DNA of 20,000 nucleotides. Source: Neophaeotheca triangularis (Eukaryota). The notes beneath the pieces are model-generated. The model was not told the origin of the DNA and searched no databases. It saw only the letters and a list, made by a program, of their open reading frames with translations. A program made the position numbers and the translations under genes. Shown piece by piece: positions 10,528-20,000 of this stretch; the first letter of the stretch is position 1, and the number at the start of each line of letters is the position of its first letter. The DNA is taken from contig BAAIJX010000082.1 in the NCBI GenBank assembly GCA_054600435.1, forward strand, positions 44,594 to 64,593, written 5' to 3'.

Positions 10528-12012
10528 TCACACTTCAGGCAACTCCAACAACTTCCCCGCCACAGGCATCCACTCTCCCTCCCACCTTCGCTCACATTCC
10601 CTCCCCGCCCCCTCCCTCAACCGCTTCAACTCCGCTCCATCTCCTTCGAAAAGCCTCTCCAATATCTCCGCCAACCTCTCCGCGCTCTCAAAACCAACCC
10701 CATTAACCCCTTCCGTCACCAACTCAGGCCAAGCCTCAAAACCACTCCATCCCGCGACTGGCAAGCCCGTGCCAAACATATCTACGACCTTCATCGGCAA
10801 ATCCACGCCTGATGAGGAAGTGTGGAGACTGATGCCCAAGTCGGCAGAACCTAGGAGCGAGGCGTAATCGGCTGCAGAGAGCCAGGCTGTGAGGATGGTG
10901 ACGTTTTGGAGTTTCTGGCGCTTCTGTAGGCGCGCTATTATGGCTAGGTAGTGCGCTTGTTGGGGGCCCTTGCCTGTTATGATTGCGAGGATGGAGGGGA
11001 GGCGGGAGTTGGGGGTAGTGCTGGCTGCGGAGTATGTCACTAGCGCTTCCAGGAGGAGGGTGAAGTCTTCATCCGGGGTCCAGGAGGTTGAGGAGACGAG
11101 GAGGCGGGTTTGGTTTGCTAAGATGGAGGAGGCGAAGGGTGCGGTTGTCGGATTTGAGGTTAGGAAGGTTTGGCGTTGGGATGGGGTTATGGGTTGGAAG
11201 TGTAGAGGTGGCCGGTCATGGAGGGGAAGAGCTTGAACCTTCCATTTGGCTTCGAGAACGCGGCACATGGCGCGGGTGACGGCGAAGTGGGCTGTGGCAT
11301 TTGAGACGATGAAACCTTCGTACCATTTTGCTATGCGGGTTAAGGGGTGGGTTGGTCCTAGACGTAGGGCGAGGATGCTGTAGCCGAAATTGTGCCAGTC
11401 GATGATTAGGCGGGTACGGCGGAGGAAGCAGATCGCGCGGGCCACGGCGAGCGTGGGGATGCTGGGAGGGTTTTGGACAAGCATCCATTTGCTCGGGTGG
11501 GTTGCATATCCCAAAGCGTAGTAGAGGCTTGCGGTTTGCCAGAGGACTTTGAGGGGTGCAGTGAGGAGGAAAAGGAGTTTATTGGAGGTTTGGAGCTGGC
11601 TGGGGAAGGGTTTAATCGGGATGACAGTGATGAGGCGGCTGGCATTGATCGATGGGTGAATGTCTGATTCGACGTAGCCGATGAGTTGGACTATTCCACC
11701 ATGTCTCGCGACGCTTAAAGCGTGGTACTGCATCCGGGGACTTCGTCCAATGTCGCCCAAGACTAGGATCTGGATGCTTGTTCCGGGCTTAAGGCTTCCA
11801 TTCCCATCCTTGTGTTGCTGGTACCACGCATATCCGGACTCATCTTGGTTGGCCTTGTCATGTTTCGTGAAGTCCTCTTCTTGGATGGTTGTGTCTTGGA
11901 AACTGCTATAAGGTTTCGGCAGAGTAACGAGGAAGATGGTGAAGACAGTCGATATGAGAACGGCAATGGGTAAAAGAAACTCCAGAATAGCCTCATACCA
12001 CGGGACAGGCAT
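10528..12012 (-). CDS. ALG1: Chitobiosyldiphosphodolichol beta-1,4-mannosyltransferase (GT33), 494 aa, single exon
   Basis: N-terminal TM anchor, then LVLGDIGRSPRMQYHALS, LVQNPPSIPTL, IIDWHNFGYSIL, LHDRP, VSSTSWTPDEDF, IITGKGP, LHTSSSGVDLPMKVVDMFG, ELVTEGVNG, all diagnostic of Alg1. Confidence 0.97.
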   Translation of the reverse strand: MPVPWYEAILEFLLPIAVLISTVFTIFLVTLPKPYSSFQDTTIQEEDFTKHDKANQDESGYAWYQQHKDGNGSLKPGTSIQILVLGDIGRSPRMQYHALSVARHGGIVQLIGYVESDIHPSINASRLITVIPIKPFPSQLQTSNKLLFLLTAPLKVLWQTASLYYALGYATHPSKWMLVQNPPSIPTLAVARAICFLRRTRLIIDWHNFGYSILALRLGPTHPLTRIAKWYEGFIVSNATAHFAVTRAMCRVLEAKWKVQALPLHDRPPLHFQPITPSQRQTFLTSNPTTAPFASSILANQTRLLVSSTSWTPDEDFTLLLEALVTYSAASTTPNSRLPSILAIITGKGPQQAHYLAIIARLQKRQKLQNVTILTAWLSAADYASLLGSADLGISLHTSSSGVDLPMKVVDMFGTGLPVAGWSGFEAWPELVTEGVNGVGFESAERLAEILERLFEGDGAELKRLREGAGRECERRWEGEWMPVAGKLLELPEV

Positions 12013-12528
12013 CTTTAGGCCGATGTGAGCTTGATGACGGCCGACGTTTGAGACAGTTACAAGTCACTTTGAACAGGAACACGTGACCTTATCATTCAGA
12101 TGAAGTCGCTTTGTTGGGTATAAATTTAGAGATCTCAGCAGCACGTGAAGAAGACGGGATTCCGAGTGGGGGCCAAAGAAAGTTTGGAGTCTAACCGTGT
12201 CTACCGTATGGACCCGCGTTTCATCAACCTTGCCGCGCCCCCTGACGAGATGAGACAAAGAACGGGATAATCCCGAATTAATCAACCACCACCAGAGTCT
12301 TTGACCGCACCAATGTCCATGCGGTTTCTTCATCTCTCCACCTACAACACCAACCACACACGTCAAATGAACCTGGAGAACCCAGCAACGTATCTCGCTT
12401 GAAGATCGTTCGTCCATCATACCGCTAGAAACGTTAAGCGTTTCCCTAAGACCCGATTCGGAATTCCCTCATGGACTAGTGACGACCACGTCGAAACCGG
12501 GGACAAACAAACGGTAGCAACTGCGTCC

Positions 12529-15385
12529 ATGGCAACATACTCGGGCTACGCGCTTCCCACCTCCGGCGCTCCTCCAATCCGCAGTCATGGCCACAGTCGT
12601 TCATACCATGGCGGCCACCTCTCGCCAGCCAAAGGAGGCTCGAACGGCAGCAACGGCAACGGCACCCTTCATACCGTCCTCGAGACCAGTCCGGTTCACT
12701 CGCCAGACACCGAAGCGAACAGGCAGATTGGCGAGAACAACTTCGCGTTCAACGAGAACAAGAGGCTACACACACACTCGCACAGCCATCCGCCGCCAAT
12801 GAAGAGTAGAGGTAGAGGGGAGTCGGATTTAGGAAGGCCGCCTGATCCTCGCGGCAATGCGTATGCGCCGCACTTGACTGCTGTACACAATGATCACGAC
12901 CATGGACACGAGCATTCTCACGAATCGCGACGTATGTTCCCAGAACTCTTGACTGGGCTACTCATACCGCTTCCCTATATGCTTGCCTCGGCCGCCTTTC
13001 CAAGGACGGATGTGTCGAAGACGGACGATTTGCAGGAAGACATACCTTTGGAAGAGGTGGAGCCGTCAGCCGTAGGTCAAGACAGAATATCTGCACTGGC
13101 TAGAGCATGCACGTTGACCGCAGGAACTTTGCTGCTAGTCGGTGTCGCAGCCAAGATCAAACAATCTCAGAAAGTGCTGGATCGACGGAAGGATATAAGC
13201 TCGTTGCCACAGCAGGCGAGCGCGATGTTGACAGGGCCCACGTTGCAGGCCATGGCGATGAGAGTAGCTTCTGTAGGCCTGCCATTTTACTCCGCATTGG
13301 AGCTTGGAGGGTTGAGAGTGGGCCTCGCTCTGGTGACCGCAGTGACGTCGAACATTCTCTGCAGCGATAAGAGCCACGGGTCAGCTCTTCGCCAGTGGAA
13401 ACAATTCCTGTCGTCTCGGAGAGGCACCCTGGCTGTACTAGTCAGTGGAATGCTCGCCGACTTCTCAGGCTTGACCACAGACGCGTCGTTGTCAACCCTC
13501 CTCGCCGGATACTTTGCTTTGAGTGGCACCATCTTTGTCCTGCAATACCCCCTGCCCAAACCTGCGGGATCGCGCTCTCATGAAAGAAGCTCGTCATCAG
13601 CTCCTTTAGCTGTCTCGTCCTTGGTGGCTACTAAAGGCGACACCAATATTACGCTGACTGCGGGTGCTGTCCTGAGCGTGCTCACTCTCATCGCCTCATT
13701 CGCACTTACTGGAGATGCCATTTCCACTTCCAATATGGTATTCGCCATGATCTCCATCTCCCTAATGGCGACAACACTCTTCGTTTCCCGACCTACCACC
13801 TTACGCAGCCAAGGAAAAGCTGGCCTTGGTCTTGGCTGCCTCCTTTCCGCGAGCTGCGCATTTCTCTTCTCCCCTAATATTTGGCCGAGCACCATCATCA
13901 ACGGTGGCCTTTCAGCATTGGTGTTTCTGGGTGTACTCTACGATACCACTTCTACGGGCAGACATACACATCACAGCCACGAGCACAACCACGACCATAC
14001 ACACCATGTACATTCTCACGATCACGACCACAGCCATAAGCTTGACTTCAACAATACGATTGCCCACCTTCACGGTCCTAGACCTGTTCAGCCTGAGCAT
14101 TCCATGTTTACACACTTGCTCATGATGAGATGTGAACCGGGTTCTTTGGTATCCGGTATCCTGAGCGATAAGGATTCGCGAAGAATCGCCTACTTTACCT
14201 GGTGAGTCTTGATCATGATTGTCGAAAAAGAAAGCTCCCTTGCTAACAATCGTCCAAAGCCTCAACTTCGGATTCATGCTTGTCCAAGGTGTTTACGGGT
14301 ACCTTTCCGGCTCGCTCGGTCTACTGAGCGACACTGTACATATGTTCTTCGACTGCCTCGGCCTGGTCATTGGTTTAGGAGCGGCAGTGGCGAGTAAGTG
14401 GCCCACGAGCCCGGAGAAACCTTATGGATGGGGTAAGTTGAACACTCTTGCTGGTTTTGGCAATGGCATCTTCCTTATGCTCGTGAGCGTGGAGTTTGTC
14501 TGGGAGGCAATGGAGGGTATCATGGAGGGCAAGGAGTTGCGACGAGTGCAAGAGCTGCTTGTGGTTAGCACTCTTGGTTTACTCGTTAACATGGTTGGAC
14601 TGTTCGCTTTTGGCCACGCACACCATGGACATGATCATGGCCATGGTCACGGGCATGACCACGGACATGGCCACGGACACGACCACGGGCAGGGCCATTG
14701 CGATGATCACAGCCACTCGCATGGCCACGACCACAACCATTCCCATTCCAACGGACACGCCCACGGCGATCACTGCAATCACTCCCACGACCACAAAGCC
14801 ACAACATCTCACTCGCACGACGCCCACGCCCACGCCCACAACGAGAACATGCACGGCATCTACCTACACGTCGCAGCCGACGCCGGCGGCTCTCTCGCTG
14901 TCATCATCAGCACGGCCCTAACCCTCTGGAAACCATGGTACCTCTGGGACCCATTAGCGACGATCCTAATCGCAGCCCTGATCTTCGTGGCGGCCGTGCC
15001 ATTGGTCACATCGTCTGGTCAGAAACTCCTGCTCGTGATCCCCGACAAATACGAGTACGGGATGAAGAACGCCCTCCAAGAAATCGCCGAAATCCGCGGG
15101 ATAGTGGGCTACGCGGTTCCACGGTTTTGGATCGATGATAAAGATGCCGGGGGCGGTGGTGGACACCATCATCACCACCATGGGCACGATCACGGCGAGG
15201 AGGCGGGTGCTGTGCAGGTTATCTTGGGGGTCATTCACATTATTGCCGGGCAGGCGGCGGATTTGGAGGATGTGAGGCGCAGGGTTGAAGACTTTGTGCG
15301 GGAAAGGGGGATGGATGTTGTGGTGCATGTTGAGCATGAGGGCGAAGGGTGCTGGTGTGATGGGGGCAAGGGGAGGTCTTTTTAG
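12529..15385 (+). CDS. MSC2: Msc2/ZnT5-like cation diffusion facilitator (ER/Golgi zinc transporter), about 932 aa
   Basis: Exon 1 12529..14201, intron 14202..14259 (GTGAGT...GCTAAC...AAG), exon 2 14260..15385. Large N-terminal multi-TM region, then the CDF core DSRRIAYFTCLNFGFMLVQ...SLGLLSDTVHMFFDC...PYGWGKLNTLAGFGNG...His-rich loop...NENMHGIYLHVAADAGGS...WDPLATILI. Confidence 0.92.
14615..14839 (+). repeat. Coding His/Gly/Asp low-complexity repeat (HGHDHGHG)n in the CDF cytosolic loop
   Basis: Translation HAHHGHDHGHGHGHDHGHGHGHDHGQGH...HSHDAHAHAH between TM4 and TM5 of the CDF core. Confidence 0.9.
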
Positions 15386-15666
15386 CATCTTCTTCTTTCC
15401 GCAACTTGAACCTTCGCGATCCGGCATTTAATTGTTTGGTATAGCGAGCGTGCTATTTGGTTTTGTATGACGCTTTTTCCAGGGGTTGGTGGTGTAGCTA
15501 TTTTGATGGGGTGTATCTTGTGCATATGGTATATCTTACAGTAGTGGGCGGGCCTTTTTGTATAATGACTTATAGCTCCGGCTGTCTTTTTTAGACTTTG
15601 ATTGCCCGTGGGCCGGATCTACAGGTACGGTGCAGGTTGTGGATTTTATGTCATTTGGGCTTTGGG

Positions 15667-16003
15667 CCGAGGGCCAGCAATACAGTTAGCATGTGAAAGG
15701 AAAGGAGAGGCGATGGCGACAAGCTGTATTCGGTGCAGCAATAATGAAAGTATTATATGCATGTATTACCACTATAATAATAACTTACCCACCTCCACGA
15801 CCAAAACATGCCAAGCCCTCTCGACCGTCGCCTTTGGCCCGAAAGTCGCGAGAGAGAAGAGAGGGAGAGAGAAGTGGGTGAGGTCATTAAAGGTACCTAC
15901 AGTAGGTAAGGTAGTGGAGGTGCAGGTGCAGGTGTGCCGGGGCGGCATTGACTGGTACTGGCACACATGACGTCGCGGCCAACCTTTGGACCGAGGCACC
16001 AAT
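15667..16003 (+). promoter_or_regulatory. Two CCGAGG (FarA/FarB-type fatty-acid response core) sites and a CCAAT box upstream of CRC1
   Basis: CCGAGG at 15667-15672 and 15991-15996, CCAAT at 15999-16003. The motif class fits the downstream gene's function. Confidence 0.5.
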
Positions 16004-16247
16004 CGGCAAACTCCCAAGCTAAGGTACTGGACGATACGTACAGCAGGGCAGACGCAAGAGCAGAGCTCCTCTGGGCCAATTAACTTATTATTACCCGACT
16101 CCCTTTCTACTCATCTGCGTGCGAGGGAAACAGAAATCCGTCTCTTTCGTCTACCTACCTACACGTACACATCTACCCTCATCCCACTCCCGCCCACCAC
16201 CCTGTCCCCCTCCCCCATCCACGCCCACGCCCGCTCCCACGCCCAAC

Positions 16248-16273
16248 GCCCACAGCCCACAGCCCACAGCCCA
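16248..16273 (+). repeat. 7-bp tandem repeat (GCCCACA)3+ immediately before the CRC1 ATG
   Basis: GCCCACA GCCCACA GCCCACA GCCCA read directly. Confidence 0.85.
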
Positions 16274-16275
16274 AA

Positions 16276-17547
16276 ATGTCCAACGCCTCCTCGACCTCGA
16301 CGACAATAACCGAGTCCCTCCCCTCCAAAGACGCCCTCCCCAGCACCGAAGATGTAGCCCAAGCGGCGAAAAAGAGCTTCTCCAGCTTGCGGGACTTTGC
16401 GGCCGGCGGCGCGGGCGGCGTGTGTGCTGTCGTCGTCGGACATCCTTTTGATCTGGTCAAAGTGAGGTTGCAGACGGCGGAAAAGGGGGTTTATTCGGGC
16501 GCTATGGATGTGGTTAGGAAGACTGTGGCTAGGGAGGGGTTGGCTAGGGTGAGTTGTCTTTTTTTTCTGGAGAGTTGTGTTGGGGCGGGAGGGAGTAGTG
16601 GGTTGGGTTGGGTTGGAGATGGTTTGTGAGGTTTGTTGACGAGCTGTGGCTGACTGTTTCTTCCGTCTCATCTAGGGAATGTACGCAGGTGTTTCTGCGC
16701 CGTTGGTGGGAGTGACGCCGATGTGTGAGTAACCCTCTCTCTCTCTCTCTCTCCTCGCTCTTGGACTCGAGAGGATGCGTGAGAGGGAAGAAAGAAGAAG
16801 CTAACAATCAAAAACAGTCGCCGTGAGCTTCTGGGTACGTGCTACTGCATTCCAGTCTTCAACCCGACCTCCCTATCCTAACCCGAACTCCCAATCCAGG
16901 GCTACGGCGTAGGCAAACAACTCGTCGAATCCGTCAGCGAAGTCAAAGACGGCCAATACAGCGTCGGCCAAGTCTCGGCGGCAGGCTTCTTCTCCGCCAT
17001 TCCCATGACGCTAATAACGGCACCCTTTGAGCGCGTCAAAGTGCTGCTACAAATACAAGGCCAGAAAGAGCTCAAACCCGGCGAGAAGCCGAAATACTCG
17101 GGCGGCTTCGACGTCGTCAAGCAACTCTACAAAGAAGGCGGCATGAAGTCCGTCTTCCGCGGTTCCGCCATGACGCTCGCCCGCGACGGCCCCGGCAGCG
17201 CCGCCTACTTCGCCACCTACGAGACCATCAAGCGCAAACTCACGCCCAAGGACGACAACGGCAAGCCCGGCGAGCTGAGCCTGACGGCCGTCATGGCCGC
17301 CGGCGGTTCCGCCGGCGTCGCGATGTGGATCCCCGTCTTCCCCGTCGATACCATCAAGAGCCGGCTGCAGTCTGCCGAGGGCAATCCGAGCATCATGGGC
17401 ACGATACGCTCCTTGTACGGCGCCGGCGGCTTCAAGGCTTTCTTCCCTGGTATCGGCCCTGCCATGGCGAGAGCGGTACCGGCCAATGCGGCGACTTTCT
17501 TGGGAGTCGAGCTGGCGCACAAGGCTTTGACCAAGGCTTTGGATTGA
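16276..17547 (+). CDS. CRC1: Mitochondrial carnitine/acylcarnitine carrier (AcuH/Crc1-like), about 328 aa
   Basis: Exons 16276..16548, 16676..16724, 16818..16834, 16900..17547. Three carrier signatures (HPFDLVKVRLQ, APFERVKVLLQ, FPVDTIKSRLQ) plus GVSAPLVGVTPMFAVSFWGY, ARDGPGSAAYFATYE and RAVPANAATFLGVE, characteristic of carnitine carriers. Confidence 0.94.
16735..16752 (+). repeat. (CT)9 microsatellite in CRC1 intron 2
   Basis: Read directly. Confidence 0.95.
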
Positions 17548-17696
17548 TTGGATGAGTTTGTGTAGGTAGGCTGGTAAAAATTGGGGGATAATAAAGCGGG
17601 TTCTCAGTCTTATAAGCGGGGATAGATCGATCAATGCCACGGCCTGCGTTGGAGCGACGGCCTCCCATGTACAAACGTCTTGAAGCACTTTTTTCT

Positions 17697-17699
<3 letters not shown>

Positions 17700-17729
<30 letters not shown>
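17700..17729 (+). repeat. (CA)15 microsatellite in the convergent CRC1 / PTH11-like 3' intergenic region
   Basis: Read directly. Confidence 0.97.
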
Positions 17730-17730
<1 letters not shown>

Positions 17731-17906
17731 CTCGAACATCTGCCAATCTACGAGAGAGAAAAGCTCTCAGCCCCTATCGTCCAGCCACGATCTCTGTAAC
17801 CTCGCGTGTCAGAAACAAGAAAAAAAAAAGAAAAGGGGGGCCAAGTGAGAAGAAAAGATTTCCGTGATTTAACTCTCGAGGTATAATAGAGAAGAAAAGT
17901 CCCTCG

Positions 17907-19333
17907 TCATACCGCATTGTTTACATCGTGGCGGCGGCCGGGATCGCCCTCGTCCCTGCGCAACGACTCGGCCCGGTCGCTGAAACCATCTCTATCGTCG
18001 TAGCTGCCGTCCCTCGAACTCCGCTGCTCCATCATCGCCCACGGCCCTCCGTGTGCTTTGCGCGCGCTCTCCCAGCCGTAAACGCTGCTGTGCAACTCGA
18101 CAGCGGAATGGGCGGGCGAGGCATTGCCGCCGGTGAGAGCGCGCTCGTCGAGGCCGCTGGAGCGTTTTGCCTTAGCGCCGCCGCCGCCGCCGCCCTGGCT
18201 CGTCTGCGCTTTCCGCCCGTCCCACTGTCCCGACCCCGCTGTCGTGCTGCCCAGTGTTGCCGTGGCCCGCTTGCTCCGGTTGCGACTCGACCGCAGCGCG
18301 TCGACGAGGTATTTGCGCAAAAAGGCCCGCAGCGACGGCGCGCACGCGCAGATGATGCCTAATTGGCATTCGACAATGGACCAGATGAAGAGGTCGAAGC
18401 CGATCCAGGAGGTATCCGGGTTGGTGCCCATTTCGGTGAGGTAGTAAGTGCGGGCGATACCGGCGCCGGCGACGAGGGCGCCGGTGGCGAAGATGGCGTT
18501 GAGGGCGAGTTTCTGCCGGAAGTTGATTTGCAGGTCGTAGCGGCTGAGCATGATGCAAGGGAGGAGGACGGCGTAGAGGTCGCTGATGACGCTGAAGGAG
18601 CCGATGGCGGGGTTGAAGTGCGTGCCGGCGTCGGCGCAGTGGTGAGGGGTCGAGGCCGCCCATTCGTAGTCGTAGGATCTCCAGTACGCTTCGAGCGGTT
18701 GGCAGATGAGGCAGTAGGCGAGGAAGAAACCGAGGCAGTAGAGGGCTGTAAAGGCCATGGCGCCCCAGATGGCGAATTGCCATTTGCGCTCCACGTCGAC
18801 GGCCATGCGGCGGTAGAAGAGGAGGATGGAGATTTTGGTTGCGCAGCTGGACGTGAGGAAGAAAACTTGGGCTAGCCAGGCCGTCTGAGAATGGGGAGGC
18901 GTTTAGTTGGGTTGAACAAAGGGGTGAGAGGGCAGGTGGGGTGACTACTCACAAGGGCGGCAGGGGGAAAGAGATCAGGTCTCACATCCCAGGTATGTCT
19001 ATCGACGCCGTGGTGTATGGTGTTGACCCATGCCGTGGTGGTCAAGCCCACTGACAATAACTATTTTCACGTCAGCCTGTGGTCGATGAAAATCTGCCAA
19101 CAAGCTCGACCGACACTCACCCAAGCGACGAAGATGAAGAGATCATCCAACCCAAAGGGTCCCGCTAGTTTTCGAGCTCTAAGGAAGAATCGACCAAAGA
19201 CCAACAAGGTCGAGACAATCTGCCAGACGAGGGAAAAAGCGGGCATCCATGTTCTTCGCTCTGGGTCGGCGTAGTTTGGCTCCGGCCAACTTGCCCACAC
19301 AGACAGTGGGACATCTGCAAAGTTTCCGCCCAT
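17907..19333 (-). CDS. PTH11-like (fungal rhodopsin-domain, no CFEM) 7-TM integral membrane protein, about 432 aa
   Basis: Exons 19333..19121, 19060..18953, 18884..17907. WPEPNYADPE, GRFFLR...GLDDLFI, GVDRHTWDV, TKISILLFYRR, CQPLEAYW, SDLYAVLLP, QKLALNAIFATG, GIARTYY, WSIVECQLGIICACAPSLR are hallmarks of PTH11-related proteins, followed by a disordered C-terminal tail. Confidence 0.9.
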
Positions 19334-19700
19334 GTCGAGGATGCTGGAAAAATAGCAAAACCAACCGAGCTCGTGCAACGGGCGGACAGCAGTGTACTTT
19401 TACCTTTGCAAGCCCCCCCGTATCCCAGTTGGAAGAATAGTAGGTAGTAGTAGTAGTATTACTACCTTGTAGTGTGCGCGATAAGGTAAGACTCAAGTCA
19501 AGGCCCCTGCATTGCGCCACGTGGGGAACGAAGCACCCGAGACGACCAGGAGACGTGGAAGTCGAAGTCGAAACGGTAAAGGAAACGCTTGATGAGTCTA
19601 CCTTTATCCACGGGGAGTCAGGGTACTGCAGCCATGGATCTTTCCGGTAGCCACTGAATCACAAATTCACAATGTGAGCGAGAAGGGTAAAAGGTGCATA

Positions 19701-19723
19701 TGCCAATGCCAATGCCAATGCCA
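19701..19723 (+). repeat. (TGCCAA)3+ hexanucleotide tandem repeat
   Basis: TGCCAA TGCCAA TGCCAA TGCCA; contains overlapping CCAAT boxes upstream of the PTH11-like gene. Confidence 0.85.
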
Positions 19724-19879
19724 TGCAAACCCTATCTATACCTACCCGTTCCCTCCCTCAGCCACGTGTGAAGAAAAGGGTGAGGGTGTGATTAGAAGAA
19801 GTCCTAAGAATAAGGTAATGTCAATGATGAACTCTACCTCGCACAAAGGACGGGAGGCGAAAAGGAAAAACGCGGGAAA

Positions 19880-19899
19880 GGGGGGGGGGGGGGGGGGGG
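19880..19899 (+). repeat. Poly-G tract (G20)
   Basis: Read directly; borders an abrupt AT-rich segment. Confidence 0.95.
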
Positions 19900-20000
19900 T
19901 CACGAGATATTTGATATTATGTTTTTGTTATTAGGTATTATGTAAAATTAAAACCAACAAAATTAGAATAAAAATTATAAAAATTACCAAAACAGAAACC

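Noticed and set aside
14496..14921. Thr/Met-rich and Val/Met-rich ORFs overlapping MSC2
   Set aside because: Alternative-frame and antisense readings of the His repeat.
17047..18875. Long overlapping ORFs on CRC1 and the PTH11-like gene
   Set aside because: Expected by-products of high-GC3 coding sequence; one depends on the (CA)15 microsatellite.

Overview
Eukaryotic, intron-containing fungal DNA (filamentous ascomycete; Dothideomycete-like by inference), gene-dense and mostly housekeeping. Gene order: fimbrin (-, runs off the left edge), UDP-galactopyranose mutase glfA/ugmA (-) divergent from the UDP-galactofuranose transporter glfB/ugtA (+), MAD1 (+), an orphan 3' fragment of an ELO/GNS1/SUR4 fatty-acid elongase with an intact intron (-), ALG1 (-) divergent from a His-rich MSC2-type CDF zinc transporter (+), mitochondrial carnitine carrier CRC1/acuH (+), and a CFEM-less PTH11-like membrane protein (-). 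Exon structures were read by hand from GT/AG sites, CTRAC branch points and frame continuity. I see no clearly new multi-gene system. The least explained signals are the elongase relic, sharp C-rich to G-rich switches inside several genes, a recurrent TACC(T)TACC intergenic motif that forms palindromes, and plausible promoter elements.
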